Shown: in pieces, positions 49,760 through 59,849 of the stretch
Position numbering within the stretch: position 1 is the stretch's first letter
How the letters are laid out: each line of letters begins with the position of its first letter
Origin: Opitutia bacterium
GTDB taxonomy: Bacteria; Verrucomicrobiota; Verrucomicrobiia; Opitutales; Opitutaceae
Direction of reading: 5' to 3'
Assembly (NCBI GenBank): GCA_947478395.1
Contig: CANJVR010000002.1
Coordinates: 128,001 to 192,000 of the forward strand
Length of the DNA: 64,000 nt
The notes under the pieces: generated by a model
Told to the model about the DNA's origin: nothing
Database searches by the model: none
What the model saw: only the letters and a program-made list of their open reading frames with translations
Position numbers and translations under genes: made by a program

Positions 49760-51157
49760 TCAGAAATCCGCCGTGCCGGGAGTCCGCGCGAACGGGATCA
49801 CGTCGCGGATGTTGGCCACGCCGGTGATGAACATCAGCATGCGTTCGAAGCCCAAGCCGAAGCCGGCATGCGGCACGGTGCCGAAGCGGCGTAGATCCAA
49901 GTACCACCAGTAGTCCTTTTCCGAAAGGTGGTGCAGCGCGAGACCAGCCTGGAGGAAATCGAGGCGTTCCTCGCGTTGGCTGCCGCCGATGATTTCTCCG
50001 ATGCCCGGGACGAGGAGGTCCATGGCGGCAACCGTCTGCCGACCCGGCGCGCAGCCATCGGTCTGGCGCATGTAGAACGCTTTGATTGCCTGCGGATAAT
50101 TATAGACCGTCACGGGACACTTAAAATGTTCCTCGGTGAGGAAGCGCTCGTGTTCCGCCTGAAGATTCGTGCCCCAGGAGACCGGATGTTCCCAGGTTCG
50201 ACCGCTCTTTTCGAGAATCTCCACGGCCTCGGTGTAACTGCAGCGTTGGAACGGGCGCTCCAAGACAAAGCTGAGGCGCGTGAGCAGATCCTTGTCCACG
50301 AACTTGGAGAAAAATTCCAGATCCGCGGCGCAGTGTTCCTGCGCATCGCGAATCAGATATTTCACAAACTCCTCGGCGAGATCCATGTCGCCCTGCAGAT
50401 CGCAGAATGCGACTTCGGGTTCGATCATCCAGAATTCAGCGGCATGACGCGACGTGTGGGAATTTTCGGCCCGGAAGGTCGGGCCAAAGGTGTAAACGTT
50501 GGAAAGCGCGTGCGCGAAAATCTCGGCCTCTAATTGACCGGAGACCGTGAGAAACGTTTTCCGGCCAAAAAAATCCTTCGTCGCGTCGATCTGGCCGTCC
50601 TCGGTCTTCGGAGGCTGCGCCAGATCGAGTGTGGTCACGCGAAACATATCGCCCGCGCCCTCGGCATCGCTGGCGGTGATGATCGGGGTGTGCACGTAGA
50701 CAAAGTTTTTCTCCTGAAAAAACTGGTGCACCGCGTACGCCAACCGGCTGCGTACCCGAAACACCGCACCGAAAAGATTCGAGCGCGGACGCAGGTGCGC
50801 GATTTCGCGCAGGAATTCGAGGGTGTGGCCTTTTTTCTGCAAAGGAAACGTGGCGTCCGCTTCGCCGATGACGGTGAAGGCTTCGGCGATCACTTCCCAC
50901 GTTTGGCCGGCGCCTTTCGAGGCGACGAGTTTGCCGCGCACCGCGATCGATGCCCCGGTCGTAACTTTCTCGATCTGCACGTAGTCGGGCAGGGCGGCGT
51001 CGGCGATCACCTGGATGCTCTTGAGCGACGAGCCGTCGTTGAGCTCGATAAACGAGAACGTCTTGTTGTCGCGCCGTGTTCGCACCCAGCCTTGGAGCAA
51101 AACGGCGTCGAGCGAAGTGGGGCTGGCGAGGGCGGCTTTGACGAGCGTGCGTTTCAT
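49760..51157 (-). CDS. asnS: Asparagine--tRNA ligase
   Basis: GWVRTRR, LNDGS, LTVSGQL, FGPTFRAENS.TSRHAAEFWMIEPE, GFGLGFER; ATG at 51157. Confidence 0.97.
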   Translation of the reverse strand: MKRTLVKAALASPTSLDAVLLQGWVRTRRDNKTFSFIELNDGSSLKSIQVIADAALPDYVQIEKVTTGASIAVRGKLVASKGAGQTWEVIAEAFTVIGEADATFPLQKKGHTLEFLREIAHLRPRSNLFGAVFRVRSRLAYAVHQFFQEKNFVYVHTPIITASDAEGAGDMFRVTTLDLAQPPKTEDGQIDATKDFFGRKTFLTVSGQLEAEIFAHALSNVYTFGPTFRAENSHTSRHAAEFWMIEPEVAFCDLQGDMDLAEEFVKYLIRDAQEHCAADLEFFSKFVDKDLLTRLSFVLERPFQRCSYTEAVEILEKSGRTWEHPVSWGTNLQAEHERFLTEEHFKCPVTVYNYPQAIKAFYMRQTDGCAPGRQTVAAMDLLVPGIGEIIGGSQREERLDFLQAGLALHHLSEKDYWWYLDLRRFGTVPHAGFGLGFERMLMFITGVANIRDVIPFARTPGTADF

Positions 51158-51582
51158 GACTTGGGGAAAATGATTTCTCGGGCTCGGTGGTCGCGGCGAG
51201 GCAAATCCGACGGTGCGTGTAGGTGGCAATGCAGTCGCAAGACGTAGTAAAATGACTTCGAGTTTGGTTTTGGTCAGCCTGCCCGCGAGCGACGCAGCGG
51301 TGCGCGAATTTGATGCTGAGTCCCTGTAATTCGCCGCGCCTGGGCCGGTCTTTTACGTGTTTACGGCTCCGTGTTGCGACCCACGACGAATCTCATTCTT
51401 CCCCGCGTTCGGCGCACGTTGCTCGTGGGATTCGGCGCAGCGCTCGGTGTTTCGACGGTCGTAAATATCATCGGTCCAGTGGAGCGCATGAACGCCTCCT
51501 CGGGGGCCACGTTGGGCGTTACCCGCGGCGGAGGCAGTGCGGTCTTGCGGTGCACGCCGGGAACCGCACTGCTCGGCGCTTG

Positions 51583-52479
51583 ATGCATTGGATTGGCGCC
51601 AGCCTCGTTTCCGCCCTGTTCCTCGGGTGCTACGACTTGTTCACGAAGCACGCGGTGCGCGACAACGCGGTTTTGCCCGTGTTGTTTCTCGCCAACATTG
51701 TTAGCGCGGCCGTTTGGCTTTTACTCATGTCGGTGCCCGCGCTCGCCCCCGGATTGCTGCCCGCGGCGTTGAGCGTGCCCGAGCTAACTTTTTCGCAACA
51801 CCTTCAGCTCCTGCTCAAGTCGACAATCGTGGCCGCGTCGTGGGTGTGCAGTTATTTTGCGGTCAAGCATCTGCCAGTTTCGCTTGCGGCCCCGGTACGC
51901 GCGACGACGCCCATGTGGACGTTGCTCGGCGCCGTCCTCGTGCTCGGTGAGCGGCCGTCGTGGCTCGAGGGGCTCGGCATTGCGATCACCCTTGGATCGT
52001 TTGTGGCGCTGTCGGTTGTCGGAGCGCGTGAGGGGGTGCATTTCCACCGCGACAAATGGATCTGGTTTTTGCTGGGAGGCACGTTGCTCGGTGCGGTGAG
52101 CGGGCTGTACGACAAGTTCCTGCTGACGCCGGGCCGATTCACGGTCGCGACAGTGCAGAGCTGGTTTTCCATTTATCTCGCTCTGCTGTTCCTGCCGCTC
52201 GCGCTCGGCTGGAAATTGCGCTGGTGGCCGCGCCACGTCTTCCACTGGCGTTGGAGCATCGTGGGCGTGTCATTCGCGCTGCTCGTGGCCGACTTCGTTT
52301 ACTTCGGCGCGCTGCGGGAACCCGGCGCGTTAATCTCGCTCGTGGCCAGTCTGCGACGGGGAAGCATGCTGGTGGCCTTTGCCGGCGGTTTGCTTTTTTT
52401 TGGGGAGAAAAATGGCTGGCAGAAACTACCGGCGGTGCTCGGCGTGCTGATCGGCATCGTCCTGACGGTGATGGGTTGA
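51583..52479 (+). CDS. EamA/DMT family transporter
   Basis: About 10 TM segments in two repeats; SALFLGCYD..KHA, AVKHLPVS, LGER, LYDKFL, FGEKN; ATG at 51583. Confidence 0.88.
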   Translation: MHWIGASLVSALFLGCYDLFTKHAVRDNAVLPVLFLANIVSAAVWLLLMSVPALAPGLLPAALSVPELTFSQHLQLLLKSTIVAASWVCSYFAVKHLPVSLAAPVRATTPMWTLLGAVLVLGERPSWLEGLGIAITLGSFVALSVVGAREGVHFHRDKWIWFLLGGTLLGAVSGLYDKFLLTPGRFTVATVQSWFSIYLALLFLPLALGWKLRWWPRHVFHWRWSIVGVSFALLVADFVYFGALREPGALISLVASLRRGSMLVAFAGGLLFFGEKNGWQKLPAVLGVLIGIVLTVMG

Positions 52480-52530
52480 AAACCCGGCTGGCGGCTCGAC
52501 ACGCGTCGAACTCCGCGCACGCTGCGCATC

Positions 52531-52980
52531 ATGGCCACCCTCTATGAAACCCTCCGCGCCGATATCATCGTTGCGATGAAAGCCCGCGACGGCGCCACGA
52601 CGACCGCCCTTCGCACCGCCGACGCCGGCGTCAAGCGCGCGGCGATGGACACCAACAAGGAGATCGACGACGCGCTCGTCCTCGTGACCATCCGCAAGGC
52701 GGTAAAGAATCTCACGGACGCGAACGTCGAATTTGCGAAAGGCGGACGCGCCGACCTGATCGCGGCCAATGACGCAGAAATTCGCGTGCTCACGAAGTAC
52801 CTTCCGGCGGGACTCGACGTCGCGAAACTCGAGGCCGTGATTGCCGAAGTCATCCTCGCAACCGGGGCGCAGTCCAAAAAAGAAATGGGCAAGGTGATCG
52901 GCGCGCTGAAGCTCCGGCCCGAGGCGCCGTTGATCGACTTCGGCGCAGCGAGCAAGATCGTGCAGGCGAAGCTGCCGTAG
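52531..52980 (+). CDS. GatB/YqeY domain protein
   Basis: AMKARD, F..GGRADL...EI.VL.KYLP, KKEMGKVIG. Confidence 0.9.
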   Translation: MATLYETLRADIIVAMKARDGATTTALRTADAGVKRAAMDTNKEIDDALVLVTIRKAVKNLTDANVEFAKGGRADLIAANDAEIRVLTKYLPAGLDVAKLEAVIAEVILATGAQSKKEMGKVIGALKLRPEAPLIDFGAASKIVQAKLP

Positions 52981-53444
52981 CGATAAATGGCCGCGGGCAG
53001 AGGGTGTTGAAAACGTACAGATTCGAAGGCAGGGCGGTTTATGTCTAACCCTCCGCGGCTACTCGGGCCGCCGGGAAAAGGGTGTTGAACCAAGCGCGTG
53101 AGGGATCCGCGCCTTAGCTCTTGAAAGTACGCTCCGTCTACTTTCTAGCCGGTGCTGTTACATCAGCTAGCCGCGCCAGCCGCAGATCGTGATAAAGGCG
53201 TCCCGTCGCATTGCCCGGGTATCCGAGCCTTGGAGGCGGCTCGGGCGCGCACGGTTTGCTTTAACCGTTTATCACGAGGGCCGGCGTGGTCGCGGGCCCG
53301 GTGGAACGCGCAGCTGCCGCGACTAAAATTAAAACGGATTCAAAATCGCGCCGGGATAAATTTGAGGAAAACCGAAGGCTGCCTTGCCGTGACGGCGCAA
53401 GAAAATGGCGTGCGACCGGCGGAAGGCCTGCCCGCCAGGCGCGA

Positions 53445-54788
53445 TCACATGCCGGGAAATCCGCCTTTGCCCTTCATTGCTTCCATCTGGCGCATCATCT
53501 TTTTGGCGCCGCCACCCTTGAACATCTTCATCATCTTCTGCATCTGCTGAAATTGTTTTATCATCTGGTTAACCTCGACGATTTTTACGCCGGCACCGTT
53601 GGCGATGCGCTGGCGGCGGCTGCCGTTGAGCACATCGGGTTTGCGGCGTTCGTGCAGCGTCATCGATTTGATGATCGCCTCGGTACGGCCCATCTGACGT
53701 TCGGAATCGTCGGGTAACTGCATGCCGCTCATTCCGGGCATCATGCCGACGATGCTCTGCATCGATCCCATTTTTTTGATCTGCTGCAGCTGCGCGAGGA
53801 AGTCTTCGAGGTTGAAATCCGCCTTGCGCATTTTCTCCGCCATGCGCTCGGCTTCCTTCACGTCGATGTTTTCCTGCGCCCTTTCCACCAGGGAAACGAC
53901 GTCGCCCATGCCGAGGATGCGCGAGGCGAGGCGGTCGGGATAAAAAGGGTCGAAGTCGCCGGTCTTCTCCCCGGTGCCCACGAATTTTATCGGCACGCCT
54001 GTGATGCTTTTGATCGAAAGCGCGGCGCCGCCGCGGGCATCGCCGTCGAGTTTGGTCAGGATGAGGCCGGTGAGCCCGAGTGCGTCGTGAAACGTCTTCG
54101 CAACATTGACCGCTTCCTGGCCGAGCGCGCCATCGGCCACGAGCAGGATCTCATCCGGCTGAATGCGCGCGCTGAGATTTTTCACTTCCTCGATCAGGTC
54201 GGCGTCGATTTGGAGCCGTCCGGCGGTGTCGAAAATCATGCAATCCGTCGCTGCCGCATTGGCGGCCGTAAGTGCGGCGGCACCGATGGCGGGCACATCC
54301 TTGGAAAGGCGGTCGGCGTAGAAACCCAGTTCCTCCTGCTTCGCCAAAATCTCCAGCTGGTCGATGGCGGCGGGGCGATAGACATCGCACGCGACGACGA
54401 AAGGTTTGTAGCCGCGTTTTTTGAGCAGCTTGCCGAGTTTTGCCGTCGAGGTGGTTTTGCCCGAGCCGTGCAAACCGACCATGAGAATTTTCAGCGGACG
54501 CGCGGTCGACAGTGCGGTCGAGCCTTCACCGAGCAAGCGGACGAGTTCATCGTGGATGATTTTGACGACCTGCTGACCGGGGGTGACGGACTTGAGAACT
54601 TCCTGACCGACGCAGGCGGTCTGGACGCGTTCGACGAATTCGCGGGCGACCTTAAAATGGACATCGGCGGCGAGGAGGGCGGTGCGCACCTCCTTGAGCG
54701 TGTCGGCCATGTTTTCTTCCGTGAGCTTGCCCACGCCGCGGAGATTTCGGAGGGCGCTGCCGAGTTTGTCGGTGAGTGATTCAAACAT
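53445..54788 (-). CDS. ffh: Signal recognition particle protein
   Basis: [53 protein letters not shown], Met-rich M domain. Confidence 0.98.
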   Translation of the reverse strand: MFESLTDKLGSALRNLRGVGKLTEENMADTLKEVRTALLAADVHFKVAREFVERVQTACVGQEVLKSVTPGQQVVKIIHDELVRLLGEGSTALSTARPLKILMVGLHGSGKTTSTAKLGKLLKKRGYKPFVVACDVYRPAAIDQLEILAKQEELGFYADRLSKDVPAIGAAALTAANAAATDCMIFDTAGRLQIDADLIEEVKNLSARIQPDEILLVADGALGQEAVNVAKTFHDALGLTGLILTKLDGDARGGAALSIKSITGVPIKFVGTGEKTGDFDPFYPDRLASRILGMGDVVSLVERAQENIDVKEAERMAEKMRKADFNLEDFLAQLQQIKKMGSMQSIVGMMPGMSGMQLPDDSERQMGRTEAIIKSMTLHERRKPDVLNGSRRQRIANGAGVKIVEVNQMIKQFQQMQKMMKMFKGGGAKKMMRQMEAMKGKGGFPGM

Positions 54789-55067
54789 GAGGAAGCGCAG
54801 TGAAACGGGGATTCACTGGTTATCCACGCAAATGTGAAGGGGAGGGAACCAAGAACCGATTGGAATAACTCAAGGTGTGGCCGGCTATGGAGGTCTGTTT
54901 TCTTGGGCGCGTTCCGGTTCGAAGCGCGTGCGGCAGCGCGAGGACCTGCCGACCGGTCAGTTATGCCGATTGGGTCTGAGGTGAACTGAAGCAGCGGGGC
55001 TGCCAGCGGCCCCGGGGTCGGCTCTAGGTCCATCGCCCGCGAGCGGGTTCCGGTCCAGCGAGTCGGG

Positions 55068-55757
55068 TCAGGACTCGTCGTCGAGGGAACGTTCCAACTC
55101 GTCGCGGCATTCGTTGATCACGCGCAGCCAGATTTCCCGCAGATCGAATAGACCCGGCAGCGCCGCATCGCGAAATGCCATCAGCGTGGGTTGCTCCGTT
55201 GCCTCCTGGCCATTGAGCAGCGCGAGCGAGTTGTTGAGGATACTCAGGGCGCGCTTGAAAAGGCTGATCGCCATCGCGTAGTCGCCGAAGTCGAGCGCGT
55301 GGATCGCCTGCACCGCCTGCTCCTCGCCACGATTCAGCGACGAAAGCACGGCCAGAGCGAACGTCGGTGTGATCCCTGTGCCCGTCGACTCGACACTGAG
55401 TTGCCACGATTGCTGGAGACTCGAGGCAATCGCCTTGGTCGCGATGAAAATGGGATTCTTGTGCAGCGTATAAACGTCGCCTTCGCCCGGTTCATCGCTG
55501 TCGTCGTCCTCGTCGTCGTCGTCGGAATTGTCGTCGATGTCGTCCGTCCAGTCGGCGATATCCCAGCCCATTCGCTCTGCCACCACGTCTACCCGGTCGG
55601 ACTTATCCTTTGCCGCCTCGTAGAATCCCCGGTAACGGAGGATCGCTTCGTCCTGCTCACGCAGGTAACGCTCCCAATCGAACTCATTCCAGACGAGATC
55701 GCCACGATCTTCCCAGTCGTTGTTGTTGTTGGGCCCTTCAGAATCGAAATTACTCAT
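55068..55757 (-). CDS. Hypothetical acidic protein
   Basis: Coding-like composition; WNEFDWERYLR, acidic tract, LFDLREIWLRV; ATG at 55757. Confidence 0.7.
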   Translation of the reverse strand: MSNFDSEGPNNNNDWEDRGDLVWNEFDWERYLREQDEAILRYRGFYEAAKDKSDRVDVVAERMGWDIADWTDDIDDNSDDDDEDDDSDEPGEGDVYTLHKNPIFIATKAIASSLQQSWQLSVESTGTGITPTFALAVLSSLNRGEEQAVQAIHALDFGDYAMAISLFKRALSILNNSLALLNGQEATEQPTLMAFRDAALPGLFDLREIWLRVINECRDELERSLDDES

Positions 55758-55877
55758 CAGGTTGAGCGGCAAATGAGCCCCGGCCTCCCTGAAAAGCAAT
55801 GCAAATTCGGATCATGGGTGCGCCGCGATTTTTTGTGCATTGAACAGCGCTTTGTCCCACCGCTAGCCTGCGCGCGA

Positions 55878-56153
55878 ATGGCAGACGTGCATTTTGAAAC
55901 GGTCTATTTTTCGGGTCGGGTGCAAGGCGTGGGCTTTCGCTATTCGACCTTGCAGGTAGCCAAGGAGTTCGAGGTGGCGGGCGCCGTGCGGAATCTGCCC
56001 GACGGTCGGGTCGTTGTGGAAGCGGAGGGGCGGGCGCCCGAAGTGGCTGCGTTCATCGCGGCGATCGAGGAGCGGATGCACGATTGCGTGCGCAAGGTCG
56101 AGCGGAGCGCTTGCGTGCGTGCGTCGGAGTTCAGCGGCTTCACGATTCGATGA
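55878..56153 (+). CDS. acyP: Acylphosphatase
   Basis: FSGRVQGVGFRY, GAVRNLPDGRV..EAEG, FSGFTIR; 91 aa from ATG 55878. Confidence 0.93.
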   Translation: MADVHFETVYFSGRVQGVGFRYSTLQVAKEFEVAGAVRNLPDGRVVVEAEGRAPEVAAFIAAIEERMHDCVRKVERSACVRASEFSGFTIR

Positions 56154-57028
56154 GCACGGTCGCCGTTTCTGCGATCGAGCTGCGCGGGTTGACGAAGGAT
56201 TATGCCGTCGGTCTGCGAGGCGTGAAACTGCGCGCCGTCGACAACCTGACCCTGAGCGTGCGCGCAGGAGAAATTTTCGGTCTCCTCGGACCCAACGGTT
56301 CCGGCAAAAGCACCACGATCAAAATTATTCTTGGACTCCTTGAGCCGACCGCCGGTACCGGCGCGATTTTTGACGTGCCGTGCGGACGCGTCGAGGCGCG
56401 AGTCGACGTTGGCTACCTCCCGGAGTCACCGCAGTTTTATCGCTTCCTCACCGGTCGGGAACTGGTGGGCTTTTACGCGCAGGTGGGAGGCGTCAGCGGA
56501 GCGCGACTCGCCGCGCGGGTGTCAGAGGTCATCGCATGGGTCGGACTCGAGGACGCCGCGGACCGTCGCGTGGGCACATATTCGAAAGGCATGTTGCAGC
56601 GCATCGGACTGGCGCAGGCGCTGGTGCATGATCCGAAGTTGGTGATTCTTGACGAGCCGACGGCCGGTGTGGATCCGGGCGGCACGGCCGCGATGACGGA
56701 GCTTATTCTACAACTCAAGGCTCAGGGTAAAACGGTTCTTATCACTTCGCACCTACTCGCGCAGATCGAGTCCATTTGCGATCGTGTGGCGATACTTGAT
56801 CGCGGCCGTTTGCTGCTCGAGGGCGCGGTCAGCGAACTCGTCCAGGCGACTTCGCGCGAGGCGTTGTGGCTCGACACACTGGGGCCCGCGCAGCGCGAGG
56901 AGTTACGTGCGTGGCTAGCGGCGGCGGGCGGAAAAGTGGAAAACGTGATGCAGGCCCGCACCGGGCTGGATCGGGTTTTTATGGAACGGGTGCAGCAGCG
57001 CACGCGGGTGCACCCCAATCTGCCATGA
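56150..57028 (+). CDS. ABC transporter ATP-binding protein (PilH/CcmA-like)
   Basis: GPNGSGKST, YSKGMLQR, ILDEPT, ITSH; ATGA overlap with acyP. Confidence 0.93.
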   Translation: MSTVAVSAIELRGLTKDYAVGLRGVKLRAVDNLTLSVRAGEIFGLLGPNGSGKSTTIKIILGLLEPTAGTGAIFDVPCGRVEARVDVGYLPESPQFYRFLTGRELVGFYAQVGGVSGARLAARVSEVIAWVGLEDAADRRVGTYSKGMLQRIGLAQALVHDPKLVILDEPTAGVDPGGTAAMTELILQLKAQGKTVLITSHLLAQIESICDRVAILDRGRLLLEGAVSELVQATSREALWLDTLGPAQREELRAWLAAAGGKVENVMQARTGLDRVFMERVQQRTRVHPNLP

Positions 57029-57834
57029 CCCGGGTCGCGTTTTCATTTCGGCGTACGGGGCTCATCGCGGGCGTCACCTTGCGGGAGGCGGTGCGGCAGA
57101 AATTATTCACGCTGTTGGTGGTTCTCGCGCTCGGGCTGGTGATGAGCGTGGGTTTTCTCCGCGATTTTAATTTCGGTTCGCCGGAGTTGAAGTTCATCGC
57201 CGATTTCGGCGATGGCGCCATCGCGTTTTTTGGCGCCGCGCTGACGATCACGGCCACCGCGCAGCTCTTTTTTAGCGAAATTGAAAATCGCACGGCGCTG
57301 ACGCTGCTGGCCAAGGCGGTGTGGCGGACGGAGTTTGTCGTGGGGAAATTTCTGGGCGTCGCGGCGGTGGCGGCAGGATTCTGTCTGTTGCTCAGCGCCG
57401 CGCTCGCCGCTGTGCTTTGGTCGCGCGAAACAGCGTTGATGCACGAATTTCCTGAAACGTTCGCGGCCGGACGCGTGGTGCATTATGGCAACTTGGCGGC
57501 CGCGGCTTGGTTGCAGTGGCTCAAGCTTACGCTGCTCGCGTCGGGCACGCTGCTCGTCTCGTGTTTTGCGCAGACCCAGCTTTTTGCAGTCATGATGGGT
57601 TTCGGGATTTTCGTGATTTGCCACCTGCAAAATCTGGCGCAGGGAACATCGTTTTGGCTGCGAATCATGGGCCGGATCACCGGATGGATTTTTCCCGACT
57701 TTCAACTTTTCGCCGCGGGGATTGATCTGGAATTTTCCGGGCCCGCTTTGGTGCGGCTCAGCGTCTATGCTTTGGGGCATGTGGCGGTGGCGGGCGCGCT
57801 GGCCACGTACGCTTTTCGTCAACGTGAAATCTGA
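57025..57834 (+). CDS. ABC-2-type permease (PilI-like)
   Basis: TLREAVRQK, EIENRT..TLLAK.V.R.EFVVGKFLG, FRQREI; about 6 TM segments; ATGA overlap. Confidence 0.88.
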   Translation: MTRVAFSFRRTGLIAGVTLREAVRQKLFTLLVVLALGLVMSVGFLRDFNFGSPELKFIADFGDGAIAFFGAALTITATAQLFFSEIENRTALTLLAKAVWRTEFVVGKFLGVAAVAAGFCLLLSAALAAVLWSRETALMHEFPETFAAGRVVHYGNLAAAAWLQWLKLTLLASGTLLVSCFAQTQLFAVMMGFGIFVICHLQNLAQGTSFWLRIMGRITGWIFPDFQLFAAGIDLEFSGPALVRLSVYALGHVAVAGALATYAFRQREI

Positions 57835-58636
57835 AGAAGCGATCGAGCGTATTTTTCCGGTCCGGCTGCCGGCCGCGTTTGGGACCGTCGCGTTGGTGCT
57901 GCTCGCGCTGGTCGCGACTGGCGCTGCGCTCGACTGGCTTCGCCCGGAACCGTCAGTTGAACGTTCGGCTGCTGCGGAGCCGCGTCTGAGTGTCTCGCCG
58001 GGAGCGGGCGCTTTGCTGGGCTGGCTCGGTGGGTTCCGTGCCTTGACGGCAGATTTCGTGTGGTTGCGCATGCATGCGTTTTGGGAGACCCGCGATCTTG
58101 ATCGGACGGAGAGCTTGATCGCGTTGACGACGATGGTGGATCCGCGCCCGCTTTTTTTCTGGCTCAACGGTGCGCGCATCCTCGCTTACGACTTGCCGGC
58201 CTGGCGGATCGAAGCGGCGGGCGGATATGATCTCGTCTCGGTCGAACGGCAGCGTGCGATCGATGTGGAGCAGGCGCGACTCGCATTGCGGCGCATCGCA
58301 GCGGCGCGGCAGATTTATCGGACGAGTGCGACGTTGTGGGTGGAGCAGGCGAACATCGAATTGAACCGGCTGCGGGACGTGTCGGCGGCGGCCGAAAGCT
58401 ATCGTCGCGCTGCGGAGCAACCGGACGCACCCTACTACGCGGGCCGAATGTACGCGGAGTTACTCCGCAAACTCGATCGCAAGCCGGAGGCCTACGCGTG
58501 GTTGAGGGCGCTGCACCCGCGATTACCGTTGGACGATGAATCGGCCGGAGCCGCCGTCGTGCTTGGGCGCATCCGGGATTTAGAGCGGGAACTTGCGGTG
58601 ACTTCGGCGCAAAGCTATCGACCGAGGCAACCATGA
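57824..58636 (+). CDS. Membrane-anchored helical/TPR-like protein coupled to the ABC exporter
   Basis: GTG start overlaps the permease end; N-terminal TM, LGGFRALTADFVWLR, helical repeats. Confidence 0.7.
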   Translation: MKSEEAIERIFPVRLPAAFGTVALVLLALVATGAALDWLRPEPSVERSAAAEPRLSVSPGAGALLGWLGGFRALTADFVWLRMHAFWETRDLDRTESLIALTTMVDPRPLFFWLNGARILAYDLPAWRIEAAGGYDLVSVERQRAIDVEQARLALRRIAAARQIYRTSATLWVEQANIELNRLRDVSAAAESYRRAAEQPDAPYYAGRMYAELLRKLDRKPEAYAWLRALHPRLPLDDESAGAAVVLGRIRDLERELAVTSAQSYRPRQP

Positions 58637-58810
58637 GTCGCCAGCGAAGAAGTATTTTCCCGAAGTTGGATCGCGCTCTCGCTCGACCGATGGGGCTGCA
58701 CGCCAAGAAATTTCTTCGGCCTCTTTGCGGCCAAAAATTCCGCGACCTTTCTCCGCCCGGCCAAAAGTCGACGGGATGGATCCGCTCGATTCACCCGCTT
58801 CGCTAGCCGT

Positions 58811-59722
58811 ATGACGCCCGATCTGAATTCGCCCCGCACCGAAAAAATTTCGCGGTTAAAAATCTGGCTGGAGGCGACGCGTCCCCGCACGTTGCCGGCC
58901 GCCGTAGCGCCGGTACTCGTGGGTTCGGCGCTGGCGGCGCACGAGGGCAAGTTCGATGGACGCGCGGCCGGGTTGTGCCTCGTCTTCGCGGTGTTGATTC
59001 AGATCGGGACGAATTTCGCCAACGACTACTACGATTTCGTGAAGGGCGCGGATACGGCGCAACGCGTGGGCCCGCGCCGCGCGGTGGCGGCTGGACTGGT
59101 CGCCCCGGCGCGGATGAAGGCCGTCATGCTCGTGACTTTCCTGGCGGCGTTTGTGAGCGGATTGTCGCTGATCGCGTGGGGCGGTCCGTGGCTGCTCGTG
59201 GTCGGTCTGACGAGCATCGCTTGCGGCGTGGCGTATACGGGCGGTCCGTGGCCGCTGGGCTACAACGGACTCGGCGATGTGTTTGTTTTTATTTTTTTCG
59301 GGCTCGTGGCGGTGACGTCCACGTACTTTGTCCAAACTGGCGAAATTTCGCGCGAGGCTTGGCTGGCCGGTGCAGCGATCGGATTGCTGGCCGCAAATAT
59401 TTTGGTCGTGAACAATTATCGCGATGTTGAAACCGATCGCGTCGCGGGTAAACGCACGCTGGTGGTTCGTTTCGGCCGTGGTTTCGCGCGGGGGCAGTTT
59501 ATCGCGTCGCTCGCGCTCGCGTTTATGCTGCCGCCCGTGTTGTGGGCGCGGGGTTTCTCCGCGTGGGTTTTGCTTCCAGTCCTACTTGGGCCGATGGCGT
59601 GGGCTCATGGGCGGCGCTTGCGGGCCAGCGAAACCGCAGCCGAGCGGATCGCGTTGCTGGGCGACACCGGGAAACTACTCGCGGTGTACGCGGGGCTGCT
59701 TGGGCTCGGTGTGATACTTTAG
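58811..59722 (+). CDS. menA: 1,4-dihydroxy-2-naphthoate prenyltransferase
   Basis: RPRTLPAA, NFANDYYD..KGAD, YTGGP.PLGY.GLGD, VNNYRD..TD..AGKRTL. Confidence 0.95.
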   Translation: MTPDLNSPRTEKISRLKIWLEATRPRTLPAAVAPVLVGSALAAHEGKFDGRAAGLCLVFAVLIQIGTNFANDYYDFVKGADTAQRVGPRRAVAAGLVAPARMKAVMLVTFLAAFVSGLSLIAWGGPWLLVVGLTSIACGVAYTGGPWPLGYNGLGDVFVFIFFGLVAVTSTYFVQTGEISREAWLAGAAIGLLAANILVVNNYRDVETDRVAGKRTLVVRFGRGFARGQFIASLALAFMLPPVLWARGFSAWVLLPVLLGPMAWAHGRRLRASETAAERIALLGDTGKLLAVYAGLLGLGVIL

Positions 59723-59778
59723 GTGCGCCGACCAGGCAGACCTGATCTCGCGATCGAATATCCTAGTAGCGGAACCTA

Positions 59779-59836
59779 GTAGCGGAAAGCAGGAGCGTTT
59801 CGGAGCGCCGCCCGAAAGCCTCCCGGTTTCCGCGAC
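59779..59836. repeat. GTAG-headed REP-like doublet, family C, with a 13-bp tandem duplication at its left end
   Basis: GTAGCGGAAAGCAGGAGCGTTTCGG ... CCGAAAGCCTCCCGGTTTCCGCGAC; CCTAGTAGCGGAA twice at 59762-59787. Confidence 0.65.
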
Positions 59837-59849
59837 GGTAGAAAGCGGC

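Noticed and set aside
54491..55033. 180-aa ORF upstream of and overlapping ffh (YlxM-like?)
   Set aside because: No helix-turn-helix or YlxM resemblance, and it runs out of frame into ffh
54800..55060. Possible SRP RNA (ffs) next to ffh, prompted by GAAGCAGC
   Set aside because: The CAGG-stem-GNRA-stem-AGCAG domain IV arrangement is not present on either strand
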